Shown one piece after another: positions 6,836 through 10,460 of a stretch of DNA of 10,460 bases; position 1 is the first letter of the stretch, and each line of letters begins with the position of its first letter. The DNA is taken from NCBI GenBank assembly GCA_964525635.1, contig CAZGJX010000125.1:1-10460 (forward strand). Reading direction: 5' to 3'. The notes under the pieces were generated by a model, which was not told the DNA's origin, did not search any database, and saw nothing but the letters and a program-made list of their open reading frames with translations. The translations under genes and the position numbers were made by a program. The stretch comes from an uncultured archaeon (GTDB taxonomy: Archaea > Asgardarchaeota > Lokiarchaeia > Sigyniarchaeales > SOKP01).

Positions 6836-8335
6836 ATGGCCAATATAAACAAAAACTCTGAAGACAAAATAAATAGACCTTATATTAGTAATTTAGGTAT
6901 TTTTTTTTCTAAATCAAAGGGATATCTTATTGAAAGAAAATCTTTAATTTTTATATTTCTAATAGGATTCATTGTTAAAATCTTGATATATATATTTGCA
7001 CTTTATCAGGATGAAAGTGGTAAAATTTATTTACTAAATATGGAAGGTCTTTATAGTTTTAGGAATCTTGAAGGTTATTCAGATTTCTATGGATTTTTTA
7101 TGGAATTTGTTAATAATCTATATTCAAGAAAACACCCTTACACATCTGAGTTTGGTTTACTTTATCCACCCTTATTTCTTTATATAATTTCTATGTTCAG
7201 TTTTTTTGGCCAATCAAGTTTAAGTGTAAGTTTACCTCTTCTATTATGTGATATTCTTACAGCAATAGTTGTTTGGGAAATTGTCTATAAAGTTTGGAAA
7301 AATAAACTTGCGGCTTCAATTTCTTGCCTTCTATATATGGCAAATCCTCTTTGTTTATTTTATACGGACTATATATGGTTGAACACATCAGTGTTCACTT
7401 TCTTTTTAATGATTTCAGTATATTTTCTTATTGATGATCGCTATTATTATTCAATGTTCTTTTTAGCTCTTTCTGTAATGAGTAAACAATTTGCGATAGT
7501 TTTTCTCCCAATTATAATCATTAAATATATAAAAAAGCTCCCAAAACATAAAAGTAATTGTATTCAAATTAAAATTAGTGAGGTTACGGTTCAAGAAAGG
7601 AAGAAAATTTCTGGAGGAATATACGATCTCTTTAAAGGTTTATTCATAATGTTTCTTTGTTTTACTATACCTATTTTTATATTATCTCTTCCATATATAT
7701 TACCTACTTATCCAGAATGGCCAAGTTATATTGATTATATTTTAAATACGGGTTTACCACCTGATGCAATACCCCCCAGTATAGGTTTCCCTGTTGATTT
7801 TACGGTATCTTTTTATCAAATAGGAGAAGATTTAGGAACTAATAGTACTTATTTAATTACACGTGTTAATTTTTTAGTAGAATATTACATCTTATTAGGT
7901 TCAAGCTGTATAATTACATATTTGTGTTATGCATTATTTACTGAAGACAATGATGATTTAGATAAAAATACTCTAGTGATAAGTCTTATTCTATTTATTT
8001 CAATGACAATATTCTTCCCTCGGGGTATGTATAAATATTATTGTGTTTTGTTTATCCCGATCATGAGTATTTTAACTATGAATAATTTAAAAAAATCAGG
8101 TTGGATTTGGTGGAAAACTCAACCCAAAGAAATAATTTTAGATATAATTTCAGTTGCGTCTATGATCTTTTGGTCAATAAGTATAATGTCTATCCATCGA
8201 CATTATACACCACTTCTTCTTATAGCTGTTATTCTATATTATTATTATTATTATTATGGATATTCTTTTTCTGAGAAAATGGAAGAAAAAAAAGAAGTAG
8301 TGAAACCGCATAAAACTAAAGAAGAATCCCTTTAA
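6836..8335 (+). CDS. GT-C fold polytopic glycosyltransferase, copy 2, 499 aa
   Basis: Intact paralog of 5028..6518. The core is identical; differences lie in the N-tail, first external loop and last TM. Confidence 0.85.
   Translation: MANINKNSEDKINRPYISNLGIFFSKSKGYLIERKSLIFIFLIGFIVKILIYIFALYQDESGKIYLLNMEGLYSFRNLEGYSDFYGFFMEFVNNLYSRKHPYTSEFGLLYPPLFLYIISMFSFFGQSSLSVSLPLLLCDILTAIVVWEIVYKVWKNKLAASISCLLYMANPLCLFYTDYIWLNTSVFTFFLMISVYFLIDDRYYYSMFFLALSVMSKQFAIVFLPIIIIKYIKKLPKHKSNCIQIKISEVTVQERKKISGGIYDLFKGLFIMFLCFTIPIFILSLPYILPTYPEWPSYIDYILNTGLPPDAIPPSIGFPVDFTVSFYQIGEDLGTNSTYLITRVNFLVEYYILLGSSCIITYLCYALFTEDNDDLDKNTLVISLILFISMTIFFPRGMYKYYCVLFIPIMSILTMNNLKKSGWIWWKTQPKEIILDIISVASMIFWSISIMSIHRHYTPLLLIAVILYYYYYYYGYSFSEKMEEKKEVVKPHKTKEESL
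8237..8257 (+). repeat. (TAT)7 microsatellite encoding poly-Tyr; the paralogous site 6426-6440 is (TAT)5
   Basis: Read directly from the sequence. Confidence 0.95.
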
Positions 8336-8375
8336 ATTACTATTCTCTTTTTTTAATATATTAATTATAAATTAG

Positions 8376-9191
8376 CTAAAGATTAGAAAAACCCCCATGA
8401 TGAAATTCAATTAAATATTGAATATTATTACTTTTACAATGATTATTGATTTCCTTTTCTATTTTATCCCAATTCGAATGATTTCTTTGAAAATCTTTAT
8501 AGATTGATAATAATTCAGGAAAATTATTGTTTATTATATTAAAAATACGTGATACATTATGAGGTCGAAAATTTAGATTTTCAAACATAAAATAATCTGT
8601 AAATTTTAAAGAATTCTCAACTATTTTTATGTATTCAGTTATTTTAGGAAAAATAGGGGAAATGAAGATATATGTTTTAATTCCATTTTTATGTAATTTT
8701 TCAATTAAATTTAATCTATCTTCTGGTTTTGATGCCAGAGGCTCAATTATTTTTGCGAAATTCTCATTTAAGGTGCATATTGAGATTCCAACTTCTATAT
8801 TTTCATATTTCTTAAACAGTTTAATATCCCTTTCTGCAAATCGGGATTTAGTAAGAATAGAAACCTTAGCTTTAGTCCCTATAAGACATTCTAATATCTT
8901 CTGTGTATTTTTATATTTTAATTCTAATGGGATGTAAGGATCTGTTACAGAACTAATTAAAATTGTTTTTCCATTATATTTTTCTGGTTTTATTTTATCA
9001 ATATTGAATTGTTTTATGTCTAAGAAATCGCCCCAATTTTCACCTTTATGATCTGTAAATCTCTTCATGAATTCAGCATAACAGTAAATACACCCATGCT
9101 GACATCCTATATATGGATTAATAACAAAATCTACGCCAGGTATATTGCTTTTTGTTATTATATTTTTTGCTTCTTTAAATTGTATTATCAT
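8376..9191 (-). CDS. Radical SAM protein, SplB-like/COG1533 (Rv2578c-type) family, 271 aa
   Basis: CxxxCxxC in INPYIGCQHGCIYCYA, plus family motifs WGDFLDIK, ISSVTDPYIPLE, ILTKS, IEP and FISPIFPKIT. ATG9191 is preferred to TTG9245, which would overlap the upstream gene. Confidence 0.9.
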   Translation of the reverse strand: MIIQFKEAKNIITKSNIPGVDFVINPYIGCQHGCIYCYAEFMKRFTDHKGENWGDFLDIKQFNIDKIKPEKYNGKTILISSVTDPYIPLELKYKNTQKILECLIGTKAKVSILTKSRFAERDIKLFKKYENIEVGISICTLNENFAKIIEPLASKPEDRLNLIEKLHKNGIKTYIFISPIFPKITEYIKIVENSLKFTDYFMFENLNFRPHNVSRIFNIINNNFPELLSIYKDFQRNHSNWDKIEKEINNHCKSNNIQYLIEFHHGGFSNL

Positions 9192-9220
9192 GTTTATTAT
9201 ATTTTTGAATAAGAGAGTTT

Positions 9221-10360
9221 TTAAGGATAATCTATAATAAGACAAGATTTAAAAAAAAAGGAGATAACAATAATAACCATACCCCAAAACAATACTATAA
9301 AAAATACTTTTCTTCTATTCTCTGGAAATTCTTTCTTACAGAATATTCTGGATGGCTCCAGAAATAACAGTTTAATATATTTGGGAAGAGGAATTAAAAA
9401 TGAAGTTTTCCTTCTATATGCTGCATAGCTTTCTGGAAATTTTCCAGGAGATTTTATATATTCTTCTGTGTATTTTTCATATTTTTCTGGATATTTTAAA
9501 TAATCTTCTGCATAAATTTCATTTTTTTTTTGATATTTTTCATTCATTATAACTTCTTCATATAAGCAAATTCCAATGATTATCAATGCTTGAATAAGCC
9601 ACATAAATGTATAATCAAAATAATAACATCCGGGAAAATAATTAATAGTGGCGTTTAATGTTAAAAGATAAATACCATAACTCCAAATGAGATAACCTAA
9701 ATATTGAGGATGTCGTGAATATTTATAGATTGAATAAGTAAAAATTCTCTTTTTTTTAATCGTTCCTTGAAACCAATTAACTACACCAATGGAAAATATG
9801 AAAAGTCCAATTATTATAAATATATAGCTAATATTATTCATTACAGTACATGGATTGCTTATATTAGTACCATTATAAACAAAAACAGCAGGTAATTTAA
9901 GAATCGAACCAAGTGATAGTATATCAATTTGATAATTAGTGTTGATCTGGTCTAAAGGTATTAAAATAGCTTGAAAAGCCTGAATCCCCACCAACAAAAG
10001 CATCTGAAATAAAAAATGTCCAAATATAGGTAGAAATAAAATAAAATTACCTATAGAAGATAAGGATAATTTTTTAATTAGAAATCCTAAAATTATGATT
10101 AATATTATAAATATAAGGCAAATTAAACCTATTATTCTAGCACTTTCAAATGACTCTGATCCTGGAAGAGAGGGTGTATGCCCTCCAGGAAATAGAGGCA
10201 TTAAAATATCATTCAATATATTATGAATTTCAAGAGTTAAATAAAAAAAACTAATAGTAAAAGATATTGCGATTAAAATGATAAACAATTGAATTAATAT
10301 ATTAGATTTTCTCAAAATATAATTTTTAGAATTTTTATTGTTATTTATATTTTCATCCAT
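9221..10360 (-). CDS. Integral membrane methyltransferase-like protein (ICMT/PEMT/DUF1295 superfamily) with extended N-terminal TM region, 379 aa
   Basis: Signature IYKYSRHPQYLG, then EE..M..KY and ESYAAYRRKTSFLIP. About 7-8 TM helices. Confidence 0.8.
   Translation of the reverse strand: MDENINNNKNSKNYILRKSNILIQLFIILIAISFTISFFYLTLEIHNILNDILMPLFPGGHTPSLPGSESFESARIIGLICLIFIILIIILGFLIKKLSLSSIGNFILFLPIFGHFLFQMLLLVGIQAFQAILIPLDQINTNYQIDILSLGSILKLPAVFVYNGTNISNPCTVMNNISYIFIIIGLFIFSIGVVNWFQGTIKKKRIFTYSIYKYSRHPQYLGYLIWSYGIYLLTLNATINYFPGCYYFDYTFMWLIQALIIIGICLYEEVIMNEKYQKKNEIYAEDYLKYPEKYEKYTEEYIKSPGKFPESYAAYRRKTSFLIPLPKYIKLLFLEPSRIFCKKEFPENRRKVFFIVLFWGMVIIVISFFFKSCLIIDYP
9437..9520 (-). repeat. Degenerate 2 x 42-bp in-frame tandem repeat (EIYAEDYLKYPEKY / EKYTEEYIKSPGKF)
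   Basis: 9437-9478 aligns to 9479-9520 without gaps at 32/42. Confidence 0.8.
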
Positions 10361-10384
10361 TTTAATTCTTCTATTATTATACTA

Positions 10385-10403
10385 ACTTTATACGTTTTTT
10401 CTG
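10385..10403 (-). promoter_or_regulatory. Putative BRE/TATA of the methyltransferase (+ radical SAM) transcript
   Basis: The minus strand reads AGAAAAAACG-TATAAAGT about 26-43 nt upstream of ATG10360, with no SD. Confidence 0.3.
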
Positions 10404-10460
10404 AAATAACTATTTATAACGCATTAAATTTTTAAGTTTTTTCCATATCATTTCTTCTCT

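Larger units (their letters stand above)
4495..8361 (+). repeat. Direct tandem duplication: unit 1 ~4495-6545, unit 2 ~6546-8361 (unit 2 lacks ~240 bp corresponding to ~4552-4790)
   Basis: Homology covers the zinc-finger fragment, ~230 bp of upstream DNA (4813 pairs with 6620), the CDS and ~25 bp past the stop. 5317-6412 is identical to 7128-8223 (offset 1811) by line-by-line comparison. Confidence 0.93.

Noticed and set aside
5211-7129. Diversity-generating retroelement (TR/VR) explanation for the variable loop
   Set aside because: Mismatches are not adenine-specific in either direction or strand (C/T, T/G, C/G and A/G all occur), both copies are full genes, and no reverse transcriptase is in the window.
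4495-8361. Duplication as a pure assembly artefact or as a mobile element
   Set aside because: Diverged flanks and a decayed junction indicate a real, old duplication. No transposase, terminal inverted repeats or target-site duplication were seen.
8629-8937. 102-aa + strand ORF
   Set aside because: Antisense to the radical SAM gene.
9192-9245. Overlap of radical SAM and methyltransferase genes
   Set aside because: Artefact of the TTG9245 start; ATG9191 removes it.
513-10360. CaaX prenylation substrate for the ICMT-like enzyme, or a KKxx retrieval signal on the GTs
   Set aside because: No credible protein here ends in CaaX (the kinase ends NVLI without Cys), and the GT tail KTKEESL does not fit KKxx or KxKxx.

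Overview
Very AT-rich window (roughly a quarter G+C by eye) with eight credible protein genes and no RNA genes, CRISPR array or transposase. In order: a single-domain parvulin PPIase with a Lys/Gly-rich N-tail (+); a soluble LacI-type ligand-binding domain histidine kinase that probably starts at a CTG (-); a ~7-TM membrane protein with repeated hairpins (-); a 12-Cys protein with a C8 finger plus a zinc ribbon (-); two tandem GT-C fold glycosyltransferases of PIG-M/PIG-U/GT87 type (+,+); an SplB/COG1533-like radical SAM enzyme (-); and an ICMT/PEMT-like membrane methyltransferase (-). TATA/BRE-like promoters, weak or absent SD sites and gene content suggest an archaeon, possibly Asgard (Lokiarchaeia-like); this is inference only. 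The most striking feature is the ~2 kb tandem duplication. Its junction is still readable as a decayed fragment of the zinc-finger gene. The two GT copies are mosaic: a 1096-bp core is identical, while the predicted catalytic loop differs almost only by amino-acid-changing substitutions. All alignments and counts were done by eye, and family assignments come from remembered motifs, not searches.
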